Source: a virus
Length of the DNA: 64,000 nucleotides
Virus record (IMG/VR): IMGVR_UViG_3300033124_000584
Reading direction: 5' to 3' (one strand)
The translations under genes were made by a program, and so were the position numbers. The notes below the pieces were generated by a model. It made no database searches. It was not told the origin of the DNA and was given only the letters and a program-made list of their open reading frames with translations. Positions 39,146 to 49,446 of the stretch are shown one piece after another (within the stretch, counting starts at the first letter, position 1; every line of letters starts with the position of its first letter).

Positions 39146-40099
39146 ATGTCATACGCACAATTTGGTCTAATTCAGGCATCAGATTTCAATACACTAGTAG
39201 GCGGTAACCCCACAACTACATCAGGTACATTAAATGCAGTATGGGCTACTGGCGGAACTACTGCTGGTTATGGCCAAACTGCAATTGCTAACGTAGCAGT
39301 AGCACAGACGGTAGGATCCGCTGAGTGGTCAAATTTAGTTAATAAAACTTCTAACTCTGCATCACACCAGGGTACATCTATTACCGCAGTAACAGCCCCT
39401 GCAACCGGCGGCACTGTTACATATCTATCTGCTATTCCTACAAACTTAACAACAATTTTTAATAGTAAATTAAACGCCGCATCACAAGGAGCAACTACTG
39501 CTAATACAGCAACATATGCTAGCACTTGGTCAGCCGGTTTAACATTTACTCATACTGTTAGTTTTGCTAACGGAGATGCCGCACGATATTTCTTTAACTC
39601 AGGTGGACAACTAAAACTAACATGTTCTAATCCTAACTCTACAGCAGGTATTAATTTATTGTTTAATAACTTAGCAAGTAATGTAGGTACTGTTGCAATG
39701 TCTGCACCAAGTTCCGGTGCAGTAACTATTTCTGGTACTAGCTATAATGGTATTACTAAAGTTGGTGGTGGTGGTAACGCACCCTCAATTAGCACTAATG
39801 CAGGTTATTATGCAATGACTACTGCTAATGTTACAGTATTCACGCAGACAGCATCTACTGGCCCGTCTGGATATTTAAGCACATTCATTCGTGTAATTGC
39901 TAAATCAAATGGAACACAAGGTTCTAATGGTGATGCCGGAAGTGTTGTTACATTATATACAATTTGGGACGAAGTTCCGGATGGATTAGTAGTTGGTACT
40001 GGTTCTGCTGTAACTGTAACAGCACAAGCACCTGAAACAACATATCTAGCCAACAGTTGGGGTACAATTACTATTGCCGGCTCAGTTACTGGTGCATAA
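39146..40099 (+). CDS. Virion structural / fibre-like protein (Thr/Ala/Gly/Ser-rich), paralog 1
   Basis: ORF track; SD AAGGA; contains ARYFFNSGGQL; full-length paralog of the next locus. Confidence 0.65.
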   Translation: MSYAQFGLIQASDFNTLVGGNPTTTSGTLNAVWATGGTTAGYGQTAIANVAVAQTVGSAEWSNLVNKTSNSASHQGTSITAVTAPATGGTVTYLSAIPTNLTTIFNSKLNAASQGATTANTATYASTWSAGLTFTHTVSFANGDAARYFFNSGGQLKLTCSNPNSTAGINLLFNNLASNVGTVAMSAPSSGAVTISGTSYNGITKVGGGGNAPSISTNAGYYAMTTANVTVFTQTASTGPSGYLSTFIRVIAKSNGTQGSNGDAGSVVTLYTIWDEVPDGLVVGTGSAVTVTAQAPETTYLANSWGTITIAGSVTGA

Positions 40100-40120
40100 T
40101 TTTAACTAACAAATAACATA

Positions 40121-41079
40121 ATGTCTTATGCACTGTATGGCAATATTGCATCTTTTGATTATAATACTTTAGTCGGAAGCAATCCATCTACTAGTTCAGG
40201 GCATTAAATACTGTTTGGGCTATAGGTGGGAATAACGCAGGTTACGGACAAACAGCATTACCGCAGGTCCCATATCAGAGTAGAATTTATTCTTCTAGCT
40301 GGGCAAATCTAATAAACACTACTGGTACATGTGCGACACACCAAGGCACAGCTATTACTAGTATTACAGCACCTGTTCTTAATGGACCAATTCCATATTT
40401 GGCCGCACTTCCTACTAACTTAACATCTATATATGGTAGTAGACTGAACGCCGCTACTCAAGGGGCTACTACCGCTAATACAGCAACTTACAATAGTACA
40501 TGGAGTAATGTATTAATATTCACTCACACTATTTCTTTTGCAAATGGAGATGCCGCACGATATTTCTTTAACTCAGGTGGACAACTAAAAGTAACATGTT
40601 CACACGCCAATACAACTGCGGGTATTAATTTGTTAATGCATAATCTAGCAAGTAATATAGGAACGGTTGTTATGAGTTCTACTATATCAGATCCAATAAC
40701 AGTGTCCGGTTCTAGTTATAACGGTGTTACTAAAGTAGGCGGTGGATTACCAGAACCTGTTATACAGCCTAATAAGGGCTACTATGCAATGACTACTAGT
40801 AACACTAACATATTTACACAAACGGCAAACACCGGACCAGCTAACTATGTAAATACAAACATCTCAATAATTGCTAAATCAAATGGAACACAGGGTTTGA
40901 ATGCAGATGCAGGCAACGTAGTTACACTATATACAGTTTGGGATGAAATCACATTAGGCTACGGAGCAACAGTAGGCGCTGGGTCAAGTACAACAGTTAC
41001 TATACAAGTACCCGAAACAACATATTTGGCTAATTCTTGGGGTTCAATTGGTATTACCGGTACTGTATTCGGATCATAA
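40121..41079 (+). pseudogene. Paralog 2 of the fibre-like protein, interrupted by a one-base frameshift near 40199-40201
   Basis: ATG 40121 gives MSYALYGNIASFDYNTLVGSNPSTSSGH* (TAA 40205-40207). The -1 frame resumes ALNTVWAIGGNNAGYGQT..., matching SGTLNAVWATGGTTAGYGQT in paralog 1, and is open to 41079. One extra G in GGG restores a 319-aa protein. Confidence 0.85.
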
Positions 41080-41104
41080 TTTTTTAACATCACCTTTGTA
41101 TCTA

Positions 41105-41112
41105 TCTAAATA
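41105..41112 (+). promoter_or_regulatory. Possible late promoter TCTAAATA heading the enzyme cluster
   Basis: TAAATA core 15 nt before ATG 41128, followed by SD AGGAG; weaker match than GATAAATA. Confidence 0.35.
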
Positions 41113-41127
41113 CTCGTAGGAGCCTAT

Positions 41128-41433
41128 ATGGATACAAAGAAACTAATAGCAGAAGCTAAAGCCCGCTTCAATCACAATTCTACAAAAGCCTATTTAAAAG
41201 ACAAATACGATAGTAAATTTATCGTTGCCGTTCAAAACGGATTATGGCGCGCCAATTTAGAAACTATCAATTTCTTAAATTCATCAACTGATACTGAAAT
41301 CATTCTAATTGATACTTTTAATAATCCAGTTAAAGTTATCAGACAAGAATTGTTAGATAAACTCAATACAGTTTATACAACAACTATGGAAGAATGGTAT
41401 AATGAATGGTCTGAATTAGAGAAAAAAAGATGA
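41128..41433 (+). CDS. Hypothetical protein (101 aa), possibly a fibre assembly factor
   Basis: ORF track; good SD; ATGA overlap with the next gene; function guessed from position only. Confidence 0.65.
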   Translation: MDTKKLIAEAKARFNHNSTKAYLKDKYDSKFIVAVQNGLWRANLETINFLNSSTDTEIILIDTFNNPVKVIRQELLDKLNTVYTTTMEEWYNEWSELEKKR

Positions 41434-42233
41434 GTAAAGGCGCATTATTATTTGCGTTTAACTCGCCCAAGTACAACTACTATGAAATGGCAGTTGCTAC
41501 GGCTAAACGTATTAACCATTTTTTAGATTTACCTGTCACTATAGTGACCGATAAAAAGTCGTTACCCGACATTATTGATTACACATTTGACAAAACTATT
41601 TTTACTGTAGCAGATGCGTCCAATAAACGTGATTGGGGAGTTTGGATCAACAAGGGAAGATTCCAAGCCTACGATTTAAGCCCCTATGATGAAACATTAT
41701 TGTTAGATACTGATTATATGGTAAATTCTGACAAGTTGCTAAAAACGTTTGAACTACCTACTGATTTTTGTTGTCACGATACTACTAGTTTTTTAATGCA
41801 TCCGGGTGTCCCGCAAGAAGTACTCAGTGTATATAGTTTCAAAACACTTTGGGCTACGGCTGTTAATTTTAAGAAAACTAAACGTGCTGAATCAATATTT
41901 GGTTCGTTAAAAATGATTCAAAATAATTTTAATCATTACGCAGATATACATGGATTTATATCAGCTACTTTTCGTAATGATTATGCATTGACTTTAGCAA
42001 CACGCATTGTTAACGGTCACACAACATTACCGCAAGATGTGATACCTTGGAATCTAGTTCATGTTGGTAAAAATACAACAATATATAGAAATAGTGATGA
42101 TCCATTAAACACTGAATATACTGTTATGTTTGATAATTGGATCAGGGGTAAAATTCGTAAAGAATATACTATTATTAAAAATATGGATTTTCATGTTATG
42201 AATAAAGAAAACTTTATGGAGTTAATTAAATGA
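41430..42233 (+). CDS. Putative GT-A-fold glycosyltransferase
   Basis: GALLFAFN...YYEMAVATAKRI and YDLSPYDETLLLDTDYMV (DxD motif). Confidence 0.65.
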   Translation: MSKGALLFAFNSPKYNYYEMAVATAKRINHFLDLPVTIVTDKKSLPDIIDYTFDKTIFTVADASNKRDWGVWINKGRFQAYDLSPYDETLLLDTDYMVNSDKLLKTFELPTDFCCHDTTSFLMHPGVPQEVLSVYSFKTLWATAVNFKKTKRAESIFGSLKMIQNNFNHYADIHGFISATFRNDYALTLATRIVNGHTTLPQDVIPWNLVHVGKNTTIYRNSDDPLNTEYTVMFDNWIRGKIRKEYTIIKNMDFHVMNKENFMELIK

Positions 42234-42985
42234 CAAGAGGATTCGTTATTATGGCTCAGGGAGATGATTATGTCAAATGTGCCAATACGCTTAAAGCAAG
42301 TATCAAACGAGTAATGCCCAAAGCTAATGTAACCATTGTTACTACAGAAATGTTACCACATGGAGATCAGGCACCTAATACTAATTGGAAACTTCAAAAT
42401 GATTGGCAAGTATATGAAGCAAGCCCATATGATGAAACTATCAAGTTAGAAGCAGATATGTATATACCTCGCAATATTGACCATTGGTGGGAGGTACTGT
42501 CAAACCAAGATGTTGTGGTGTCTAGTTTAATAAGAAACTTTAAACAAGAAATATCAGATGTTAGAATGTATCGTAGATTTATTGATGATAATAATTTACC
42601 CGATGTGTATAATGCAATTACATATTTTAAAAAATCAGACACAGCAAAACATTTTTTTGATATAGTAAGAGATGTTTTTGAAAATTGGAATGAATACAAG
42701 ACAATATTAAAATGTAACCCACAGGAAATAGCAACCACTGATTGGGCGTATTCTATTGCTTGTCATATTATCGGAATTGAAAAGACAATGCTACCAACGT
42801 TTACTGAAATGTCAATGATACACATGAAACAATATATTAATGGAACTGCTACTGAGAATTGGACTGATACCTTTATATATGAATGTTTACCAAATCAAAT
42901 TAGAGTACAAACTATTCCACAACAGTATCCATTTCACTATCATGTTAAGAACTTCTGTGATAAAATAGCTGAAAGTATAAAATGA
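42230..42985 (+). CDS. Putative GT-A-fold glycosyltransferase, paralog of the upstream gene with DxD altered to EAD
   Basis: RGFVIMAQ...YVKCA and YEASPYDETIKLEADMYI align with the upstream gene. Confidence 0.6.
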   Translation: MTRGFVIMAQGDDYVKCANTLKASIKRVMPKANVTIVTTEMLPHGDQAPNTNWKLQNDWQVYEASPYDETIKLEADMYIPRNIDHWWEVLSNQDVVVSSLIRNFKQEISDVRMYRRFIDDNNLPDVYNAITYFKKSDTAKHFFDIVRDVFENWNEYKTILKCNPQEIATTDWAYSIACHIIGIEKTMLPTFTEMSMIHMKQYINGTATENWTDTFIYECLPNQIRVQTIPQQYPFHYHVKNFCDKIAESIK

Positions 42986-43338
42986 GCATTGAAAACAACG
43001 AAGAAGAATACATTATATTATGGCAACCACCTAAATTAGAGCCTCCAGAATTTAGATTGTACTATGATGAACACGGTGCGGTAATATGTTATACCGGGGA
43101 TAAATCTGTAACTGGTAATTATATTGTTATTGACTCACTTACCTTTGCACAAGCAAGGCCTGATGTAAGAGTTATTAATGGTAAAATATCTACTGTTGCA
43201 CCTAATGCAGTCGTGCATAAATTAATGCCAAAAACTAGTGAGGGAATAGATTGTCACATGGAAGATATAAGTATACTTGTTGATAAAAAACATTACAAGA
43301 AAACACAAAAATGGAAATTAACTACCTATGAACTCTGA
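42982..43338 (+). CDS. Hypothetical protein (118 aa)
   Basis: ORF track; overlaps both neighbours; no recognised motif. Confidence 0.65.
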   Translation: MSIENNEEEYIILWQPPKLEPPEFRLYYDEHGAVICYTGDKSVTGNYIVIDSLTFAQARPDVRVINGKISTVAPNAVVHKLMPKTSEGIDCHMEDISILVDKKHYKKTQKWKLTTYEL

Positions 43339-44281
43339 TGATATTATTGATGTAGCAGACTTGGATTGTATATATTTAAGTTACGATGAACCACAGAAAG
43401 AAGAATTTTGGCTAAAGATTAAAAACATGGTGCCTTGGGCAAAACGTGTTGATGGTGTTAAAGGCAGTGATGCCGCACACAAAGCCGCAGGCGAAGCGAG
43501 TGATACTGAACGATTTATTTTAATCGACGGTGATAATATGCCTGACGAAAAATTTTTCAACATTCAGTTAAACTTCACTGGCAAAGACCCGTCATTTAAA
43601 AAAGCACAGTTTCGTTGGAAAGCACTAAACATTGTCAACGGTTTGCTTTACGGTAACGGTGGAATGAGTAGTTGGACAAAAGAATACGTTGCTAAAATGA
43701 AAACACACGAACATCAAACAGATGGTGATGTATCACGTATTGCTGATTTCTGTATGGGTGGTAATGATAATTTATATTGGGCCATGTATAATTGCTATAG
43801 CACAACATTTCCTAACTACACACCTTTTCAAGCATGGCGTGCCGGCTTCCGTGAGGGTGTTAAGATGAGTTTAGATAGAGGCGCAAAGCCAACAGTTAAT
43901 GCATTTAAAGAAATTGTTGCAAGTCGCAATTTAAATAATCTTACTATTTGGCACAATGTAGGAATGGATGTAGATAACGGACAATGGGCAATTATGGGAG
44001 CACGAATGGGAACTCATATGACTATGCTTACTGATTGGGATCATACCAACGTACAGTGGTTTGATAATTACATTGAGATGTGGGAAAAAATTAAAAACGA
44101 AGATCCTATTGAATTATCAGAATCATATGGAATTGAACTAAACACAAAGTTGGGTTTGCCTATGTGTGCGTTAGACAGCGAACAAAGTAAATTTTTTAAA
44201 CGTCACTATAAATCAGATTACCACAACTTAGACCCATTAGTAACGGAGATGGATGTTATTCGAAAAATCGAAGGATGGTAA
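43328..44281 (+). CDS. Putative GT-A-fold glycosyltransferase
   Basis: CIYLSYDEP, RVDGVKGSDAAHKAA and FILIDGDN (DxD); TPFQAWRAGFREGVKM. Confidence 0.6.
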   Translation: MNSDDIIDVADLDCIYLSYDEPQKEEFWLKIKNMVPWAKRVDGVKGSDAAHKAAGEASDTERFILIDGDNMPDEKFFNIQLNFTGKDPSFKKAQFRWKALNIVNGLLYGNGGMSSWTKEYVAKMKTHEHQTDGDVSRIADFCMGGNDNLYWAMYNCYSTTFPNYTPFQAWRAGFREGVKMSLDRGAKPTVNAFKEIVASRNLNNLTIWHNVGMDVDNGQWAIMGARMGTHMTMLTDWDHTNVQWFDNYIEMWEKIKNEDPIELSESYGIELNTKLGLPMCALDSEQSKFFKRHYKSDYHNLDPLVTEMDVIRKIEGW

Positions 44282-45675
44282 TGAGTAACGAACAACAACG
44301 AATTAAAGACATTAAGATCAAGATTGAGAATGAGGTAGGTCCCACATTCTGTCTTGCCAAATGGCACCATGTAACTATGTACTTGCAATCAGGCGAGACA
44401 CATAGTTGTTATCACCCGCAACCTCATAAGATTCCTCTAGAAGAACTAAAAGATAACCCATCAGCATTACATAATACGCAACAGAAAAAAGAAGAACGTA
44501 AACTAATGCTTGATGGTGGCAAACCAACTGGTTGTCAGTATTGCTGGAATATTGAAGCAATGGGGCCTGACTATATAAGCGACAGGCATATACGTAACGC
44601 TAGTATTTTTACTGAAGAACGATATGAACAAACTGTTAAGGGTCCCTGGAATCAAAACATAAATCCAGAATACTTAGAAATTAATTTTGGTAACGAATGT
44701 AACTTTAAGTGTGGTTACTGTCACCCTAAGTATTCTACTAGTTTTTATAATGAGATTAAAAAACACGGCCCAGTAACTTCCGTGAAGAATCATAGATGTG
44801 ATATTGACTGGATGACATTGTATCAACGTGAAGAAGAAAATCCATATGTTGATGCATTTTGGGAGTGGTGGCCTGAACTACGCAAGACATTGAATATTAT
44901 GCGTGTAACTGGTGGTGAACCTACAATGCACACTAGCACTTGGAAATTATTAAAAGAAATTGAAACAAATCCAATGCCCTGGTTAGAATTAAACATAAAC
45001 AGCAACTTAGGTACAAAGACAGCATTAGTTGAAAAACTAGCACATAGTGTTAAGAAATTAGTAGATGATAAAAAGATTCGCGGGTTCAAACTATTTACTA
45101 GTTTAGATACATGGGGACCTAAGGCTGAATATATTCGTACAGGTTTAGATTTGGAATTGTGGGAAACAAATTTTCATACGTATCTACAGAATACTAATAG
45201 TCCAATCACATTTATGATTACTTTCAATATTTTTAGCGTTACTACATTTAAAGAGTTCTTGGGTAAGTTTTTAGAATGGCGTAAACAATATGGTTGGTAT
45301 GAAAGTCATAAAGAACATCGTGTGCGTTTTGATACACCATATCTACGTGACCCTATTCAATATGATATGAACATTTTACCTAAAGATGAATTCATGCCCT
45401 ATATGCATGATGCATTGACATTCATGGAAGCAAACGTAGACGATAATCGTGCTGATGCTTTTACTACTATTGAGTTTGAGAAATTTAAACGTGTAGTAGA
45501 TTACATGGCTGACACTAAATACGCAGAGTCAAAATTAATTGAAGGTCGTAGAGACTTTTACAATTGGTTTAATGAATTAGATGAGCGCAGAGATACAGAT
45601 ATGTTAGCTATCTTTCCAGAATATTTAAATTTTTATAGACTATGCCAAGAAGTTAATCAAATGAATCCAAAATGA
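44281..45675 (+). CDS. Radical SAM protein with an N-terminal twitch/SPASM-like domain (rSAM-1)
   Basis: CNFKCGYC (CxxxCxxC), VTGGEPT, N-terminal FCLAKW...SCYH...GCQYC; start set at the TAATG overlap (track gives 44275). Confidence 0.9.
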   Translation: MSNEQQRIKDIKIKIENEVGPTFCLAKWHHVTMYLQSGETHSCYHPQPHKIPLEELKDNPSALHNTQQKKEERKLMLDGGKPTGCQYCWNIEAMGPDYISDRHIRNASIFTEERYEQTVKGPWNQNINPEYLEINFGNECNFKCGYCHPKYSTSFYNEIKKHGPVTSVKNHRCDIDWMTLYQREEENPYVDAFWEWWPELRKTLNIMRVTGGEPTMHTSTWKLLKEIETNPMPWLELNINSNLGTKTALVEKLAHSVKKLVDDKKIRGFKLFTSLDTWGPKAEYIRTGLDLELWETNFHTYLQNTNSPITFMITFNIFSVTTFKEFLGKFLEWRKQYGWYESHKEHRVRFDTPYLRDPIQYDMNILPKDEFMPYMHDALTFMEANVDDNRADAFTTIEFEKFKRVVDYMADTKYAESKLIEGRRDFYNWFNELDERRDTDMLAIFPEYLNFYRLCQEVNQMNPK

Positions 45676-46949
45676 GTAAGAAAAAATCTAATAAAATCTC
45701 AGTTGAAGATTTAAATAATAGCAAGACACTATGTGTTGTGCCTTGGATTCATATTCATACTAACCCTAGTGGAATTGCCGCACCCTGTTGTATTGCAGAA
45801 TCTTGTGCAACTGAAGACGGTGTAGGTAATTCTCGAACTCAAGGGTTACAGGAGATCATCAATTCTGAAAAAATGAAAAGTTTGCGGTTAGATATGATGG
45901 CAGGAGTTAAAAATCCAGAATGTATTAAATGTCATCAGCATGAAGATCAAGGTGTAAAAAGTTTTCGCAATATGATTAATGATGAGTTTGCACATTATTA
46001 TGATGAAATAAATTCAACTAACAAAGACGGATCAATTAATAACTTTAAAATGAGATACTTTGACATTCGTTTTAGTAATATATGTAATTTTAAATGTAGA
46101 ACATGTGGATCAGGTTTTAGTACGCAATGGGAACAAGAAGATTTAAAAAATAACGTTTGGTATTCAAAAGTAATACCTAAAAATGATAATAAAGAATTTT
46201 TACGTCAAGTTGTAGAACAGACAGAGTTTATGGAGACCGCATACTTTGCAGGGGGTGAACCATTAATTACGGAAGAACATTACATCTTATTGGAAGAAAT
46301 GATTCGCAGTAAAAGAACTAAAATTAAATTGCGCTATAATACTAACTTAAGTAATCTCAAGTTTAAAGATAAAGATTTAATTTCACTTTGGAAACACTTT
46401 GACCATAAGGTAAACATTTATGCCAGCATTGACCATTATGGTGATCGTGCTGAATATATTCGTCATGGTACTGACTGGGGTGTAGTTGAATCTAATTTTA
46501 AATTAGTAAAAAAGACTCCCTTTATTTCATTACAAATGAACACCGTATTAAGTGTGTTTAACATATTAACTATACATGAATTTTATCAGTATCTATATGA
46601 TAAGAAAATGTATTCAAATAAAGACTCAGCTTATACGTTATACAATATGTCAACTCCTGAATATTTAGCTTGTCATATTCTTCCACCGGATATGAAACAA
46701 AAAGCTAAAGACAGTTTAGAAAAAACAGTTAATTTTTTAAAATCTAAAAAATTTAAGGTACAACAGGTGCAACAAGTATCTGATGCTATTCCTTGGGTTA
46801 TGTCAAAAGATTCATGGGACCAACACAAAATGCAATTTAGAAATGAAATTAAAAGATTAGATAAAATTAGAGATGAAAACTTTAAACAGACATTCCCTGA
46901 GTTGGCTATTTTATTAGAACCCGAATATAAAAGATTGTGGCCAGTATGA
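45672..46949 (+). CDS. Radical SAM protein with an N-terminal twitch domain (rSAM-2)
   Basis: LCVVPWIH...APCC...CIKC, CNFKCRTC, YFAGGEP, YNTN. Confidence 0.92.
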   Translation: MSKKKSNKISVEDLNNSKTLCVVPWIHIHTNPSGIAAPCCIAESCATEDGVGNSRTQGLQEIINSEKMKSLRLDMMAGVKNPECIKCHQHEDQGVKSFRNMINDEFAHYYDEINSTNKDGSINNFKMRYFDIRFSNICNFKCRTCGSGFSTQWEQEDLKNNVWYSKVIPKNDNKEFLRQVVEQTEFMETAYFAGGEPLITEEHYILLEEMIRSKRTKIKLRYNTNLSNLKFKDKDLISLWKHFDHKVNIYASIDHYGDRAEYIRHGTDWGVVESNFKLVKKTPFISLQMNTVLSVFNILTIHEFYQYLYDKKMYSNKDSAYTLYNMSTPEYLACHILPPDMKQKAKDSLEKTVNFLKSKKFKVQQVQQVSDAIPWVMSKDSWDQHKMQFRNEIKRLDKIRDENFKQTFPELAILLEPEYKRLWPV

Positions 46950-48172
46950 ACAAAAATTATTTATTAAACGAGAGCAAAACTTTTTGCATGTTCCCCTGGG
47001 TACACTTAAACGTAACACCAAAAGGTGATATCTATCCTTGCTGTAGTAATGACTATACCAAACCTTTTGGTAATACAAAAGAAACTACATTAAAAGAAGC
47101 ATTTAACAGCCCACCAATGAAACAATTGCGTTTGGATATGTTAGCTGATAAGAAAAATGATATCTGTAACTTTTGTTATAAGCACGAAGAAGCAGGTCCG
47201 CATAGCTTTAGAAATTATAGCAAAGAACATTTTGGTAAGCACTTTGATGGAACAGTTCCCACTACATTGGAAGATGGAACTGTTCCTGAATTTAAAATGC
47301 ATTACTTTGACATTCGTTTTAGTAACATTTGCAATTTTAAATGTAGAACATGTGGGTCGGAGTTTAGTAGTCAATGGGGAGCAGAGATGCGAGCCAATCA
47401 CGATCCAAAACATCCTATTGTGATTCATGCCGATGAAAAGGGTAATCTATTACGTGAAGTATTAGAACAAGTTGAACATATTGATTTGGCATACTTTGCA
47501 GGTGGTGAACCTACCTTAACTGAAGAACATTATATAATGTTGGAAGAAATGATTCGTAAAGGTCGCAGTGATATTGTACTACGATACAACACAAACGCTA
47601 GTAACATCAAATTCAAAGACTATGATTTATTAGATATGTGGAAATACTTTAAGAAGATTGAATTGAGTTGTAGTATTGACCATTACGGGGAACGTGCTGA
47701 ATGGTTACGTCATGGAACTGATTGGGGTGTAGTTGAAAGCAATTTACTCAAGTTCCGTGAGTTAGACTATGTTAGTTTTCAAATGAATACTGTATTCAGT
47801 ATCTTTAATTACAGTACAATTGGTGAGTTCTATCAGTACTTAAAAGATAAGAATATCGTTCGTAAAGAGGACTGGTACCATAGTTTGTACCTAGCAGTAC
47901 ATCCTAGTTACTATTCGGGTAAAAGTTTACCTAAAGAATTAAAAGTCGAAGCCGCAGAAAAAGCATTAGCTTGGGCAAAGTCTAACGAAGGTGACGGTAC
48001 ATCATTAAGTAGATTGGTAACTGATGCTGTAAACTTTGCGGCAGATGATGATACCTGGACTGAAAATAAAGAAACATTCTTTTTACATACAGGTTCAGGT
48101 GATAGGATTAGAGGTGAAAGTTTCTGGAAAACTTTCCCTGAATTAAATAAATTACGTGATTTGACGGAGTAA
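46946..48172 (+). CDS. Radical SAM protein with an N-terminal twitch domain (rSAM-3), close paralog of rSAM-2
   Basis: FCMFPWVH...YPCC...CNFC, CNFKCRTC, YFAGGEP; ATGA overlap supports start 46946 (track gives 46937). Confidence 0.92.
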   Translation: MNKNYLLNESKTFCMFPWVHLNVTPKGDIYPCCSNDYTKPFGNTKETTLKEAFNSPPMKQLRLDMLADKKNDICNFCYKHEEAGPHSFRNYSKEHFGKHFDGTVPTTLEDGTVPEFKMHYFDIRFSNICNFKCRTCGSEFSSQWGAEMRANHDPKHPIVIHADEKGNLLREVLEQVEHIDLAYFAGGEPTLTEEHYIMLEEMIRKGRSDIVLRYNTNASNIKFKDYDLLDMWKYFKKIELSCSIDHYGERAEWLRHGTDWGVVESNLLKFRELDYVSFQMNTVFSIFNYSTIGEFYQYLKDKNIVRKEDWYHSLYLAVHPSYYSGKSLPKELKVEAAEKALAWAKSNEGDGTSLSRLVTDAVNFAADDDTWTENKETFFLHTGSGDRIRGESFWKTFPELNKLRDLTE

Positions 48173-48174
48173 CA

Positions 48175-49446
48175 ATGCAAGATACAATAGTAGTAGAAAA
48201 TTTAGTAAAACATGGCAAACACTTTTGCGTTTTGCCCTGGGTACATTTTCACTCATGGCCTGACGGACGAGTGATGCCATGTTGCGTCGCCGATAGCGGC
48301 ATGCCTGTTGCTGAACTAAAAGAAGATGAATCAATCATTCAAATGATGAATAGTGATGACTTTAAAAAGATTCGTTCAGCAATGTTGAATGACGAACCAG
48401 TTGAAGCATGTAAGCGTTGCTATGACTTAGAATTAATGGGTACATGGACAATGCGTCAAAGTCACAATAAGCGTAAAGGCTTAGAGTATGTCAAGGAAAT
48501 TAGTGAAATAACTAGTGATGACGGTACCATCAGTGATTTTAAAATGAAATATATGGACCTGCGTTTTAGCAACATGTGTAATATGAAATGTCGCAGTTGC
48601 GGTCCCGGATGCTCAAGTTTATGGGCACAAGAATTTATGGATGAGCGTGGCGCTGAAGTGTTTGACCAATACTTTAAGACAAAAAAGATTGTTATCAATA
48701 AGGCAGAAGAAGTTGGCTTTATGAACAAACTGAAACCATACTTGAAAGATGTAACTGAAGTGTATTTTGCCGGTGGTGAGATTATCATTACTCCTGAACA
48801 CTACGAATGCTTAGACTATTGGATTGAGAATGGATTGAATGAACAGATTGAGTTAACATATACAACTAACTTTAGTTCATTAAAGTACAAAGATAAGGAC
48901 TTAATTGGTTATTGGAAAAAGTTTCCCAAGTTAAAAATTTGGGCTAGCTTAGATGGTATGGGTGAAACAGCAGAATTGATTCGTAAAGGCACTGATTGGG
49001 ACCGTATCGTTAAGAATATCAAAGCAGTCAAAGAACAAGTACCACATGCAGAGTTTCAGATTACTCCCACAATTAGTATTTGGAATATATTTCACTTTCC
49101 TGACTTCTTTGACTATATGATTGACAATAAATTCATTGATACCAAGAGTAGTCCACGATTTAATCTAGCAACTAACCCATGGTATGCAAATATTATGATT
49201 CTTCCGGTTCATGTTAAACGTAGACTTGCAGAATTGTATCGGGTGTACCAAAACAAATATAAAGATAATGTCGATATCTACAACGGCTTTAAGATGATTA
49301 TCTACAACTTGACTGTTGGCGACGAGAACAAAGGTGGCATACTAGAATTCAAACAATTCAATGATGAGTTAGATCAGTTTAGAGATGAAAAATTTGAGGA
49401 CATTTGTCCAGAAATTAAAGAGGTATATGAATGGGCAAAAAGCTAA
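48175..49446 (+). CDS. Radical SAM protein with an N-terminal twitch domain (rSAM-4)
   Basis: FCVLPWVH...MPCC...CKRC, CNMKCRSC, YFAGGE. Confidence 0.92.
   Translation: MQDTIVVENLVKHGKHFCVLPWVHFHSWPDGRVMPCCVADSGMPVAELKEDESIIQMMNSDDFKKIRSAMLNDEPVEACKRCYDLELMGTWTMRQSHNKRKGLEYVKEISEITSDDGTISDFKMKYMDLRFSNMCNMKCRSCGPGCSSLWAQEFMDERGAEVFDQYFKTKKIVINKAEEVGFMNKLKPYLKDVTEVYFAGGEIIITPEHYECLDYWIENGLNEQIELTYTTNFSSLKYKDKDLIGYWKKFPKLKIWASLDGMGETAELIRKGTDWDRIVKNIKAVKEQVPHAEFQITPTISIWNIFHFPDFFDYMIDNKFIDTKSSPRFNLATNPWYANIMILPVHVKRRLAELYRVYQNKYKDNVDIYNGFKMIIYNLTVGDENKGGILEFKQFNDELDQFRDEKFEDICPEIKEVYEWAKS

Noticed and set aside
40195-40207. Canonical programmed -1 frameshift like tail-assembly chaperones
   Set aside because: No X XXY YYZ heptamer or obvious downstream structure, and the 28-aa upstream product is just the start of the paralog; kept only as an unexplained frameshift.
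39146-41079. Template/variable repeat pair of a diversity-generating retroelement
   Set aside because: Differences between the paralogs are not adenine-specific, both are full-length genes, and no reverse transcriptase is in the window.
5261-41079. Bacterial extracellular contractile injection system or T6SS locus
   Set aside because: Adjacent gp46/gp47/gp55, T4-like late promoters and phage-like gene packing indicate a phage genome; no membrane-complex or ATPase genes.
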